Shown here piece by piece: positions 53,026 through 64,000 of a stretch of DNA of 64,000 nucleotides. Source of the stretch: Octopus sinensis (Eukaryota); the NCBI RefSeq assembly GCF_006345805.1, contig NC_042999.1, positions 85,250,001-85,314,000 on the forward strand. Reading direction: 5' to 3'. The translations under genes were made by a program, and so were the position numbers. Each line of letters starts with the position of its first letter. Position 1 is the stretch's first letter. The notes beneath the pieces are model-generated. The model was given only the letters and a program-made list of their open reading frames with translations. It was not told where the DNA came from and did no database searches.

Positions 53026-53775
53026 CTGTGAAAGATAAATTCTTAAGCTAAATAGAGGTTCATCATGCACACACAACAATGAATTTCGAAGGACGATCTC
53101 TGAAAAGGTGACAAAATTAATTATAACTAAAGTAATTTAAACTCAGAATGTAAAAGACTGCAACTAAGAACATTAAGTTGTTTTGTTTGTTTTTTGTAGT
53201 TGTTGTTTTTTTTTCCTTCTACCAAGTCTTTGAGGTTCGACAATAAGTACCAGCAGAATAACCACCAAACACAATAAGTAAGTACTGGCGTCGATTCAGA
53301 GAGAAACAAATAAAAGGGATGTTGCAAATATTTTATTTACAGCTGTTTCAAATGTTCTGGGAAAGTTAACATTACAATTCACATTTAAACGATATATGTA
53401 TATCGAAACGCTCGAAACGTTAAACCCTCCTTCTTTCCTTCTTTCCTGAGCGTCCAATAATACTATATTTGTTCCACGTCCTCGCGTTGTTGTGTTTTTT
53501 TGTGCTTTCTTGTTTGGATTAACTTTATATATATATATATATGCACACACACACACACACACTTATAAATTGAGAATATAATCATTAAAAGGATTATATT
53601 AGAGGTTAGCGTATAAAAAAACACCATATCAGTACAATTAATTTTTAAGTATATAATTATTAAAATATTATTATAATTAAGGGCGCTGGAATGCCAACGC
53701 CTATACGCTAGAAGTAGATGTCTACAAGCCACAAGTTTGTTCTCTATTTACAACCCAGAGCCGAATGCGAGGTAC

Positions 53776-53857
<82 letters not shown>

Positions 53858-54150
53858 TGTGTGTGTGTCTATGTCTGTGTCCCTCCACCCAACATCGCTT
53901 GACAAACGATGCTGGTGTGTTTACGTCCCCGTAAATTAGCGGTTCGGCAAAAGACACCGATAGAATAAGTACTGGGGTCGATTTGCTTGACTAAAGGCGA
54001 TGCTCCACCATGGCCGCAGTCAAATGACTGAAACAAGTAAAAGAATGAAAGAATATATATACATAATGTTGCTTATAAGGGGTGGGGAAACACAACAACA
54101 GTACTTCTAAAATAAGAATAGACATGAATGAAAACGGATAACAACACAGA

Positions 54151-54288
54151 AAGAAGAAGAAGAGAAGAAGAAGAAGAAGAAGAGAAGAAGAAGAAGAAGA
54201 AGAAGAAGAGAAGAAGAAGAAGAAGAAGAAGAAGAAGAAGAAGAAGAGAAGAAGAAGAAGAAGAAGAAGAAGAGAAGAAGAAGAAGAG
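54151..54288. repeat. (AAG)n tract
   Basis: Direct reading. Confidence 0.92.
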
Positions 54289-54344
54289 AGGCAACAACGA
54301 CAATACTATCCCTAAAAATAATGATACTAGCACCCCAAAATAAA

Positions 54345-54625
54345 ATATAAAACGTAAAGTCGACCTCGGCGGAATTTGATCTCAGAACGTAGCGACGAGT
54401 GAAATACCTATTTCTTTACTACCCACAAGGGGCTAAACACAGAGAGGACAAACGGATTAAGTCGATTACATCGACCCCAGTGCGTAACTGGTGCTTAATG
54501 TATCGACTCCGAAGGGATGAAAGGCAAAGTCGACCGTGACGGAATTTGAACTCAGAACGTAGCGGCAGACGAGATACTGTTAAGCATTTCGCCCGGCGTG
54601 CTAACGATTCTGCCAGCTCGCCGCC
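54345..54625 (-). mobile_element. Family A SINE with partial tandem duplication
   Basis: Reverse complement of the 59109 and 23567 arrays. Confidence 0.8.
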
Positions 54626-54995
54626 TTGTCTTGGTATAAAAGATGGGCTACCGCAAATATTTTGCTTAATACCACAGATTTGCTTGTCAGTTGTTTGACC
54701 TTAACCAGTTGAGCATGTGCCTTGGTGACTGACGATATGTGCATCTCTGATCACGATCAGAAGTAGTGGGGAGCATCATAGCCATGTGTTGAGGGCAATT
54801 CGTTGGAGTTTGGATAATTCACCTCAAGAAACATGGGTGTTTCGTTCAACATCCTTAAACAAGCCTTATTCAGCGACCATTTAAGTGGGATGGGTTACTC
54901 GACCTGAAGAAAATTCTAACTGGGCCCCACCTGCAAGCATTTCGTTCGGTGCGCTAACAATTCTGCCGGCTCGCCCCCTTCGATAATAGTAGCAC

Positions 54996-55034
<39 letters not shown>

Positions 55035-56272
55035 ACATTGTCTTTAAATAAGCAGTGACTCTATAATCATTCAATGCGTGTATATATTTTGGAGGACACC
55101 CTGTGTGTATGTATAAATGTATGTGCATTGTGTATTATAATACATACATATATACATACGTGCACATGTGCTATTGTCGACTCGTTTGATGAGTATGGTG
55201 ATCACTGACAAATTATCTTATTTCTGGGAGTTGGTTAGTCTGATGTTTATGAAAATTTGAGTTGCCCATCAATTAGTAAAATGTAATGCCTGAAATCTGC
55301 AAGATATCGAAGCTCTACATTGCAGAGAATCCAAAGATAACCACGACTGCACTGTTCCTGATCACATGACACTTTCTAAAACAGGACTCGCCATCTATGA
55401 AAGGTCACATACCAGGAGACCAACACAGAGTGCTTATATGCATACATATCCAACATCTCCTTTTATGTCTAAGGGTGTGTTCTAACAGCCGGATTAAAAA
55501 TTAATTTTGAATAAATGCACAAGGATGAAGAAGCGCACAAAATTGTGTGCAAAGATTTGTGACAAACCAACTTAACAAAATCAGAGCTAAACAGTCATTC
55601 GAGATCTCATTGTAGAAATGGTGCTTGCATGTTTGGAAAAAGAAAGTGATTATGATCAAAATCGAGTTGATAGCCACAATATGTATATTTTTACGCATTT
55701 ATATCGTGCTCCTTTTAATGTCCTGCAACGTGTTGGTTCGTCAAACAGTATTCAGTAAAGTATGTACTTAGAAAAGTGCATGTATTGAATAAAGTTTTAT
55801 CATTTCACCTATTCTTTGTCGCAAAATTACTAAGGGATAATTGGTGAGGGAAGAAGCCTTGAGATTTTTGTCAGTGATGACCTTAGTCTGACGTAGACTC
55901 TGTAGTCTGACGTAGACTCAGCCATTTAAAGAAAAAACAACCTTCGCTTCACTTCATCATTTACTCTCTGTTTTTATTCTTTGTCATTTTTTTAATAGTC
56001 TAAAACAAAGTAAATTATAAAAGGGCAGGAAAGCAAGTCTTAAAATTCTCGAGTTTAGACTTAATTCATGTAAAAACATGGATTTGACAGAATTAACAGT
56101 ACAAATTATAACCCTAAAACAATCTAAGGCCTGAAAATGCTGAAATTCATGCAATCTGATGTATTCGGAAGATTTTAGATACCAATAGTTAATACTAATA
56201 ACTGAAAATAAAGCGTATCGGTAAAATAGATGAAAATTAACAAAATTGAGCAAAAATGTATCACATATTTAC

Positions 56273-56370
56273 CGCTTTCATTCCTTCATAAGTTACCATG
56301 AGAACATTTGGGTTGTCTTTAAATAAAGAGTAGAATTCTCGAGTATGCTTAAAATAATCACCGTTAGGAA
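56273..56370 (-). CDS. Sulfotransferase-fold protein, exon 3 (absent from the ORF track)
   Basis: TTTTTTTCAG|TT acceptor in phase 1. Reads IPNGDYFKHTREFYSLFKDNPNVLMVTYEGMKA, matching the SULT V.YG.W..H...W......L...YE.MK block. Donor GCG|GTAAAT (phase 0). Confidence 0.88.
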
Positions 56371-56597
56371 CTGAAAAAAATAAAGGTTCATTGTAAATGA
56401 TTTGGTTGTTCAAGCGGAACTTTCAGCATGGTAATAAGAATATTGTAGTGAATTGAATCAGAAAGAGAATATTACATTTGATATATACACATGTAATGTA
56501 TGTTTGTGGGAATGTGCAATACGTGTGTGTGTGCGTGTAAGCATACATGTGTATATGTATGAATAGATACATAAACAAACAGACAGACAAGATAGGC

Positions 56598-56766
<169 letters not shown>

Positions 56767-57337
56767 GATTTACAAACGAAATAAAAGAGTACTCAACACA
56801 TTTTATGAAGGTGTACAATTTAGAATCTAAATCTGTATTACTTAGTTTCACAGAAAGAAAAGCCTGTCTGATCGCTTGATTTCGTTGGTGCTAAATGATA
56901 TGGCATCGACGGCTTCCATATAAATCAAATTGGCATTGAATTAAAGTTTAAATTTCGTTTCTATTAGTCAGATCGAGGTACAGCCATTAGTAAGATTACT
57001 ATTATGTGCTGGCTGACTGTTAAACGGCTACAGAATCGAGTGCAACATTAGTGAAAAATACTTGAATATTACCCCTTAATTTCATAAAGTATTTCAGTTG
57101 TCTGATTAGGAGTAAAATGTATCCGGTTAAGTTTGTAGAAACATCGATAATAAGCGACAAATTAAAAACTGATATTTTCCTCTTCCTATCTTCCAGGGTG
57201 AAAGAGAACGATACCTCGTGTACACTAATTTCTAAATAAAGACACTCCTCCTAACGCCTCGTTGTAATGAGGTGCAATTTCTTCAAACATACACAATTTA
57301 CATTTGACGGATATTTGTCCTCATCTTGTTTGTTGTT

Positions 57338-57383
57338 AATACAACGTTTCAGCTGATATACCCTCCAGCCTTCATCAGGTGTC
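57338..57383 (-). ncRNA. Minimal type I hammerhead ribozyme motif in a pLTR-like repeat
   Basis: GACAC-CTGATGA-AGGCTG(GAGGGTATAT)CAGCT-GAAA-CGTT-GTATT. The core is intact, stem II is GCTG/CAGC, stem III is the palindrome AACGTT, and stem I has one mismatch. Confidence 0.65.
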
Positions 57384-57459
57384 TTGGGGAAATTTCGAAC
57401 CTGGGTTCTCATTTCTAAGGTACTTTTCCTTTTTTTATCATATAGATACTGCGTCGACT

Positions 57460-59060
57460 CATCGAATTCCACCACTGGTAGCAATTCATCAAATTGAACT
57501 TGCAGTCCCGTTATTTATTTTATCTCCAAATAGTTCTTTTAATTTCTCACCTCTCACTCTATCAAGCAGGATTGCTTTGCTGTTTTCATTCAACTCACCC
57601 TAATTGCAGATTTTATTTTCGTAATCTTCTTCTCAATTTCGACACTTTTTTTATATTCTATCAAATTCCATATGTTTCCCCTTCTGTAATCCTTCCTTCT
57701 TCCATTTTTGATCTCTTCCGATGTTACTGGCATCGGTAACTCTTTCTTCTCTGTAGCATTTTCATTCGATGCTGCTAGTATCTCCCGTCTTTTTCCCTTT
57801 CGCTTCTGTAAATTCACTTTCTTCTCCGTGCTGGCTCCCCTTGATGTTGTTGGTTTCTCACACTAAGCCAACAACTCTTTTCTGCCTGCTTTTCTCTTTT
57901 TTTAGCTGACTCTTTGGTGGTAAGTCCGCGTCTCCTTCTCTCTTCTTCTTTCTCCTCCCCACCGTATATTGCTCCTCCACATTTTTTGTACTCTATTCGC
58001 TGTCTGGTTTTTGCTCCTCGACGTTTTGTTCCTTTTCCTCTCCCTGCTGCTCCTGTTCCATCACATCCTCGTCGTGTTTCTGGGGGCACCTTGCCTTCAT
58101 GTGTCCCCGTACTCCACACTGGTAGCAGATGGGAGGTCTTCCCTCCACCACCACTCTTAATCTCACTTCCTCCGACAGTATGACCTCTTCTGAAATTTTA
58201 TGTAAATCTTTTAAACTTACCTGGACCGCCACCTCGAGGCCGTATCCCCATCAGTTTACCTCAGTCGTTCTTGTCACTTTAAAATCTTTCGATTCTTCCA
58301 CTGTGTCATACAAAATGGCTGCCACCAGCCACGCCTCACCAATCTCTTGGGGTACTCTGCCAATCCTTACTCGGGCCACACGTTTGCCACAGTAGGTTGG
58401 CAGTAGTACCCACTTTGATGACCTTAATGCCACAGTAGAGTGTTTTATCGCGTCTTGTTCAGTCGCGAACCTTACCTCCACTGGACCGTACTTTTTTCCT
58501 CTGGTATAGAACATCGCAAGGCCTTTTATCTCCTTCAAACACTCTTTCAATGCTTCTACTGTCGCTATTTCAATTATTTTTTTCGTTTCCGTGGACAGCA
58601 TTCTATACACTACTCTCCACTCAGTTGCATTCTCTGTCATATCTTGCAGCGGGGGTCAACCTCAGGCTGGTACCGTCCTTTTCGATAAGTTTGTTAAACT
58701 GTTTCAACTTCTTTTCTTCCAATTTAACCTCTTGAACCTGTAGAACGTCTGCAGTTAAGCTTCTTCCAGTTGATGCAGCATAGCTGCCGACTGGTTCGCT
58801 TTCCGACGTTCCTTTTCTTACTATTTCACCCTTAAATAGGGAAGAAAACAAGTAGAACAGGCAAAAATAACAGCAATAAACAGTTCAATCCAACAATTAG
58901 GTTAAACAGGCAGGTACGGGAGACCTTCAACAAATAATCAACAATGTGACTTACTCAGATCAAAAATGATTAAACAGCAAAACACATCATGGACTCGACC
59001 AAAGTGCGAACTGCTGACTACGTCACTCCGCTACCATTTATATGTAATGGTCCTGTCTAT
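57460..59060 (-). mobile_element. Gag-like/ORF1 retroelement relic with CCHC zinc knuckle; no ORF2/RT adjacent
   Basis: ORFs 58251-58640 and 57993-58232 share a frame and are split by one TGA. They read VRIGRVPQEI...VVVEGRPPICYQCGVRGHMKARC (CX2CX4HX4C), followed by an E/K-rich tail. Confidence 0.72.
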
Positions 59061-59108
59061 TCTCGTCAGAGGGTGGCCTACACTCGCCTCAACAGATAGA
59101 ATTATTAA

Positions 59109-59660
59109 GGCGGCGAATAAAATGCTTATCGGTATTTCTTCTGCCGTTACGTTCTGAGTTCAAATTCCGCCGAGGTCGACTTTGCCTTTCATCCTTTCGG
59201 GGTCGATTAAATAAGTACCACTTATGCGCTGGGATCGATATAATCGACTTAATCCGTTTGTCTGTCCTTATTTGTCCCCTCTGTGTTTAGCCCCTTGTAG
59301 GTAGTAAAGAAATAGGTATTTCTTCTGCCGTTACGTTCTGAATTCAAATTCCGCCGAGGTCGACTTTGCCTTTCATCCTTTCGGGGTCGATAAATTAAGT
59401 ACCAGTTACAGACTGCGGTCGATGTAATCGACTTAATCCGTTTGTCTGTCCTTGTTTGTTCTCTGTGTGTTTAGCCCCTTGTGGGTAGTAAAGAAATAGG
59501 TATTTCTTCTGGTTTTACGTTCTAAGTTCAAATTCTGTTAAGATCTACTTTGCTTTCACCCTTTAGAGGTCGATAAAATAAGTACCAGCTGAGTACTGGG
59601 ATTGATGTAATTGACTAGCCGTTCCCCCAAAATTTCGGGCCTAGTGCTTAAAGTAGAAAG
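59109..59660 (+). mobile_element. Family A SINE tandem array (head plus about 2.7 head-to-tail ~190-bp bodies)
   Basis: The body restarts after AAAGAAATAGG|TATTTCTT near 59316 and 59500. Confidence 0.85.
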
Positions 59661-59972
59661 GATTTTTAGGATCATAATCAAGGGCATATTGCAAGCTGGG
59701 CTCCCCTGACATTCAGTAGTTCTATACAACCTTCTCTTCAAAGATATACAGTTCCTTACCATATTGCATAGTACGTAACCTCATGTTGATAGATTTTTCG
59801 GAATACAGTCATTGGGGTTGAGATTAGTCACCCTTCAGTCTAATGCAAAAGTGAAAATTGTTATTTTATCAACTCTTCCTGGGATTAAATAAAGTATTAG
59901 TCAATATTAGGGTCAATAAAACAGTTATACCCTTTCCTAATGTGAGACCTCGTGCCTATAACAGAAATCATC

Positions 59973-60089
<117 letters not shown>

Positions 60090-60099
60090 CAAGACTTAC

Positions 60100-60417
60100 T
60101 TTCCCCTTTCATAAAAAGGTCAAAAAAACTTGATATGTCTCCGTTGTATTCGAACGTCTTAGCTCCTGACAGATGTCTGTAGAAAGTTACAAGCATAGCT
60201 TTCGGGTTGCGGTTCATATATATAATTTTGTGACCCTTCAGCAATTCCGAAGGAAGAAGTTCAATAGGAAGGTGTGAGTTTAAGAATCGTGGAGATTCAG
60301 TAGCTTCAAGTATTTCCATTGGTGCCATTTCTATAAGCAAGTCTTCTTTTATAGCGGAAACTCTTTCACAATTTCCTTTCAGTATCATATTTACCATTTC
60401 AAACACCCAATGGGACC
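60100..60417 (-). CDS. Sulfotransferase-fold protein, exon 2
   Basis: ATTTCAG|GG acceptor in phase 1. Reads SHWVFEMV...ESPRFLNSHLPIELLP...KIIYMNRNPKAMLVTFY...FDLFMKGE. Donor GAAA|GTAAGT (phase 1). Confidence 0.92.
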
Positions 60418-61295
60418 CTGAAATTAATACAATATAAACATATAGTGTTATTTGAGTGTTAACGAAATATATTGACATGTCTATGAAATTTTATTGGAAT
60501 ATTTCGTTTTACAATGGCCTTTCGTAAAGTGGAAATGATTAATCCAATTTATATTATTAATATCTATTTTATAAACTCGTAGTTTCTAGAATCATGTTCC
60601 TTTTTATTTGGGGATACACACCTAAGAATGTGGAATAAACTTGACAAAGGGCAACTGAGGTTAATTAAATACATTACCATGTAACATATGATGTTATGTT
60701 ACAGGTATATAAGCATACAAAATCTTTCGGTGTTTAAGATTGAAGAAGAACGAGTTAAGATAGATATCACATCAGAATAGATTATCCTAATATATTGTGT
60801 TGTATGCTGTGTGAAGAAGTGTATTATTAACCTCGGGTACATTTTTAAATATTAATGTACCGGAGTACATTTCCAAGACACGTGCATACACACAGAGCAA
60901 AAGGAGGAGAAAATGTCTATGAGCGCTTGTATAGCTGTATGTGCGTGAGAGTGTGTATTTGGATGAGCGTGTATGTGTGTGTAGTTAAGTAGTTATCCGA
61001 ACGTATATATTTATATGTATTGTAAAACACTGTAGGACAGTTTACCATTTATCAATAAAACAGGGAATATATTCGATTGAACCAATCGGAAATAGTAAGA
61101 ACAATAATGTGTGACTATTCATTGATTCTATGTAATGCGAGATGATAAGAATCAATTATTTTGTTATGTATGATCATGTGTTGTTCAATAGATCATGGAT
61201 TTCATGGCTCCCCTCTCACTCAAGAAGTCCTTGTACTTGACATTTAACTAATTATATATAGAGGGAGTTAAGTGCTTTGTATACAACAACGAAAA

Positions 61296-61333
<38 letters not shown>

Positions 61334-61943
61334 TAGGCCGTTTAGCTGATTGTATCTTCCATTACAAAATCAATATTTTCCAAACCAAAGATGGAAAATA
61401 CTTGATATGCGGTCAAATCTTCAAAAGATGCTGTATTGTCTTTAAAAAAAAATTCCTCTTTGATCATATATCTGCTAGATTACAACCGAACTGGAGCTAA
61501 AAAAAATACAATAACAGCAACAACAATAATAGTTTTTCCCAAAAACTAAGAAGTAGGTAGCAATATTGCAAGGAAAATAGGACGGCCAACTGAGAGAATC
61601 GTTAGCGCGCTAAGCAAACTGCTTAGCGGCATTTCATCCGTCTGTGCGTTCTGAATTCAAATTCCACCCTTTCGGGATCGATAAAGTAAGTACCAGTTGA
61701 ACACTGGAGTCGATGCAATTGACGTGTGCTCTCCCCCAAAATTGCTGGCCTTGTGCCAAAATTTGAAATCAATATTGCAAGTGAAATGGATTGCTTTATT
61801 CTATTACTTGCCAATAGCATTGAAGGATTGAACATTTTTTTTTAGTGTAAACACCATCACATTTGCTTTACACATCGATAAATTACACAATGACGCTTGA
61901 GATACAAAAATGTAGTTTAAGAAATCATATTGTAAAAACTTAC

Positions 61944-62142
61944 CTGCTCCGGGATATGAATACATCAAAATATCATCGGGTCTAAATTTTATTGTGTTTA
62001 CTTTTGGTAAAGCGGATGGTATCATTGGTACACAAATCATACTGTGGCCTTTATAACTATAAACAGGCATTGGATGCCCGTCTTTTCCATAGAATTGAAC
62101 GTAAGTACATTCACTTTCATCTTTTAGTTCTTTCGAATCCAT
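61944..62142 (-). CDS. Cytosolic sulfotransferase-fold protein, coding exon 1
   Basis: ATG at 62142-62140. Reads ...IKFRPDDILMYSYPGAG, matching the SULT F..RPDD....TYPKSG block. Donor GCAG|GTAAGT (phase 1). Confidence 0.88.
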
Positions 62143-63115
62143 TATTGTTGTGGTTGTTGTTGCTGATGTTGTTTCTGTTGTAGTTTTTGTTCTAGTTTTT
62201 GCTCTTGTTGTTGTTGCCACTTCTTTAGCGTCTATTTTCTCAATAAATTCCTAAAATAAGCTTCTGTTGTTCCTTGCAATCTGGGACAAATTAACCGTTC
62301 GTGAAAGTTCGCTACAGAAAAATGTAGTCTACCCCAGCTATTCACCTTCTTGTATGTAGGCTGTATAAATAGAAAGATTATTTATTCAAAATCTATGTCA
62401 ATGGTTTTGAATTTAAATAAGCATTTTATCAATGGCTCTGAATTTAAATGAAACTAATCTCTCTGTTTACTTTTTATATCTTATATGAGCTATTCTGATA
62501 TTTAAAAAATGCAAAGTAACAGGTTTAAAGTCTACGCTAGTTATCATCACATAAGGCGATATCACGGCGGTTAAATGGCATCTGGACTATGGATTAGAGC
62601 CGTGGTACTTGACATAGAGAATAAGTGCTATACATGGTACATAGTGCTTACTACATTAATATGAAATAGATGCTACATGGCATTCATAATATTCCATAAT
62701 ATCTGAAAAGTAGATGGTAGAAAAGGTAAATTATATAGATGACACATGATAAGAGGATTCTAAATATGACGATGTTTCAGTGATCTTTATTTATGACCTT
62801 ACTTAAAATGCGTTTTTAAGTTGTGAAATTGTCTATTTAGTTTAATGTTCCGAGAACTGAATGAAAACGTAAAGAGTATCTGTCGCGAAAAATGTTTCAC
62901 CTCTAAGTCGTTTTTAAACATAAAGGAATATGGGTTTGCAGATTCTTTAGTAAGTTATGCTATGTAAATGTGTGTATGTGTGCATATACACACATACACA
63001 CATACACACATAGACACACATACACGCATACGTACATATATATATGTGTGTATGTGTGTGTGCGTGCGTGTGTGTGTACGTGCGCGCGCGCGTGTGTGTG
63101 TGTATGTATGTATGT

Positions 63116-63339
<224 letters not shown>

Positions 63340-64000
63340 TGCACGCATTTGTGTAAAACGGCGGTGGTTGATCTTGAACTTCCTCTACATTTCGTCATCC
63401 TTGTATCTGCACTCATCGCTATTCCAAGTTCTTCCTCTCCAGGATATTGTCTCTCTTTAATCTACTCTCTGTTGACTTAAAACAGTTCACGCATAACACT
63501 AACATCATCAAATACAATAGTCTTGGAATGTCTACATAAGCCATGAGCAGTACCCTTCCCTCCAGGTCCAACAAGGATATCCTCATAACAAATCTGTTCT
63601 TAAGGTAGTGAAGCTACACGACAGAATCTGCTATTTGACTAGACTGTGAAACGTTTGACTGTCTCTCACTATACCTTACTAAGATTCCATTGTCAAGAAA
63701 AACGACTTCCGCTGAAGCTGCGATAGATTCATTACATCTCACCTAGAAACCAATGTCTTTGCTTTCCCAGATAACGATGCGTCTAGACATCCATGTGCAA
63801 CAGAAAATGATGATTGTGCAATCCCTTCCTATGAGACAGTATCGCTAAAACAGAAAGTGTCCAAGTCTTTAAAATATAGAAAACGCGCACACTCACACAC
63901 ACAAGCACATCCACACACACAAACACGTACACACAAACACACACACATACACAAGCACGCACGCATGCACGTACATAAAATGGAAGGAAGCACATACGCA

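Noticed and set aside
55884-55919. 17-bp direct duplication TAGTCTGACGTAGACTC, each unit a mini-hairpin
   Set aside because: Isolated two-copy slippage duplication with no supporting context.
59109-59660. Regularly repeated blocks resembling a CRISPR array
   Set aside because: The units are ~190-bp SINE bodies with no unique spacers, in eukaryotic context with no cas genes.
63400-63840. Possible RTE endonuclease remnant on the - strand
   Set aside because: Too decayed to assign confidently by eye.

Overview
AT-rich, microsatellite-dense animal genomic DNA. The SINE families and repeat style look cephalopod (Octopus-like); this is recognition, not a database result. Two convergent host genes can be rebuilt from GT-AG junctions. 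(1) On the + strand is the 3' part of a probably secreted mucin/FCGBP/zonadhesin-type gene (VWD - C8 - reduced TIL - Cys-rich/EGF-like - Pro-rich linker on two microexons - PAN - degenerate PAN). Its exons run from before base 1 to 24198, with a tentative last exon at 30600-30643. (2) On the - strand is a five-coding-exon, 299-aa cytosolic sulfotransferase-fold gene (62142 to 47861). Its ORF is intact, but the PAPS-binding motifs are altered. The rest is mostly transposon debris: two Penelope-like elements, many R4/Dong fragments next to (TAA)n or related triplet tracts, RTE and L2-like LINE pieces, a gag-like ORF1 relic, a full-span dead Gypsy with LTRs and a 5-bp TSD, two mariners, a Tigger, MITEs and several tRNA-derived SINE families. 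The most notable observations are the putative pseudo-sulfotransferase, paired disulfide loss in the TIL and second PAN domains, two minimal hammerhead ribozyme motifs, a 202-bp-arm hairpin and an unresolved splice-phase conflict in the VWD gene. All coordinates were counted by hand, and repeat boundaries are approximate.
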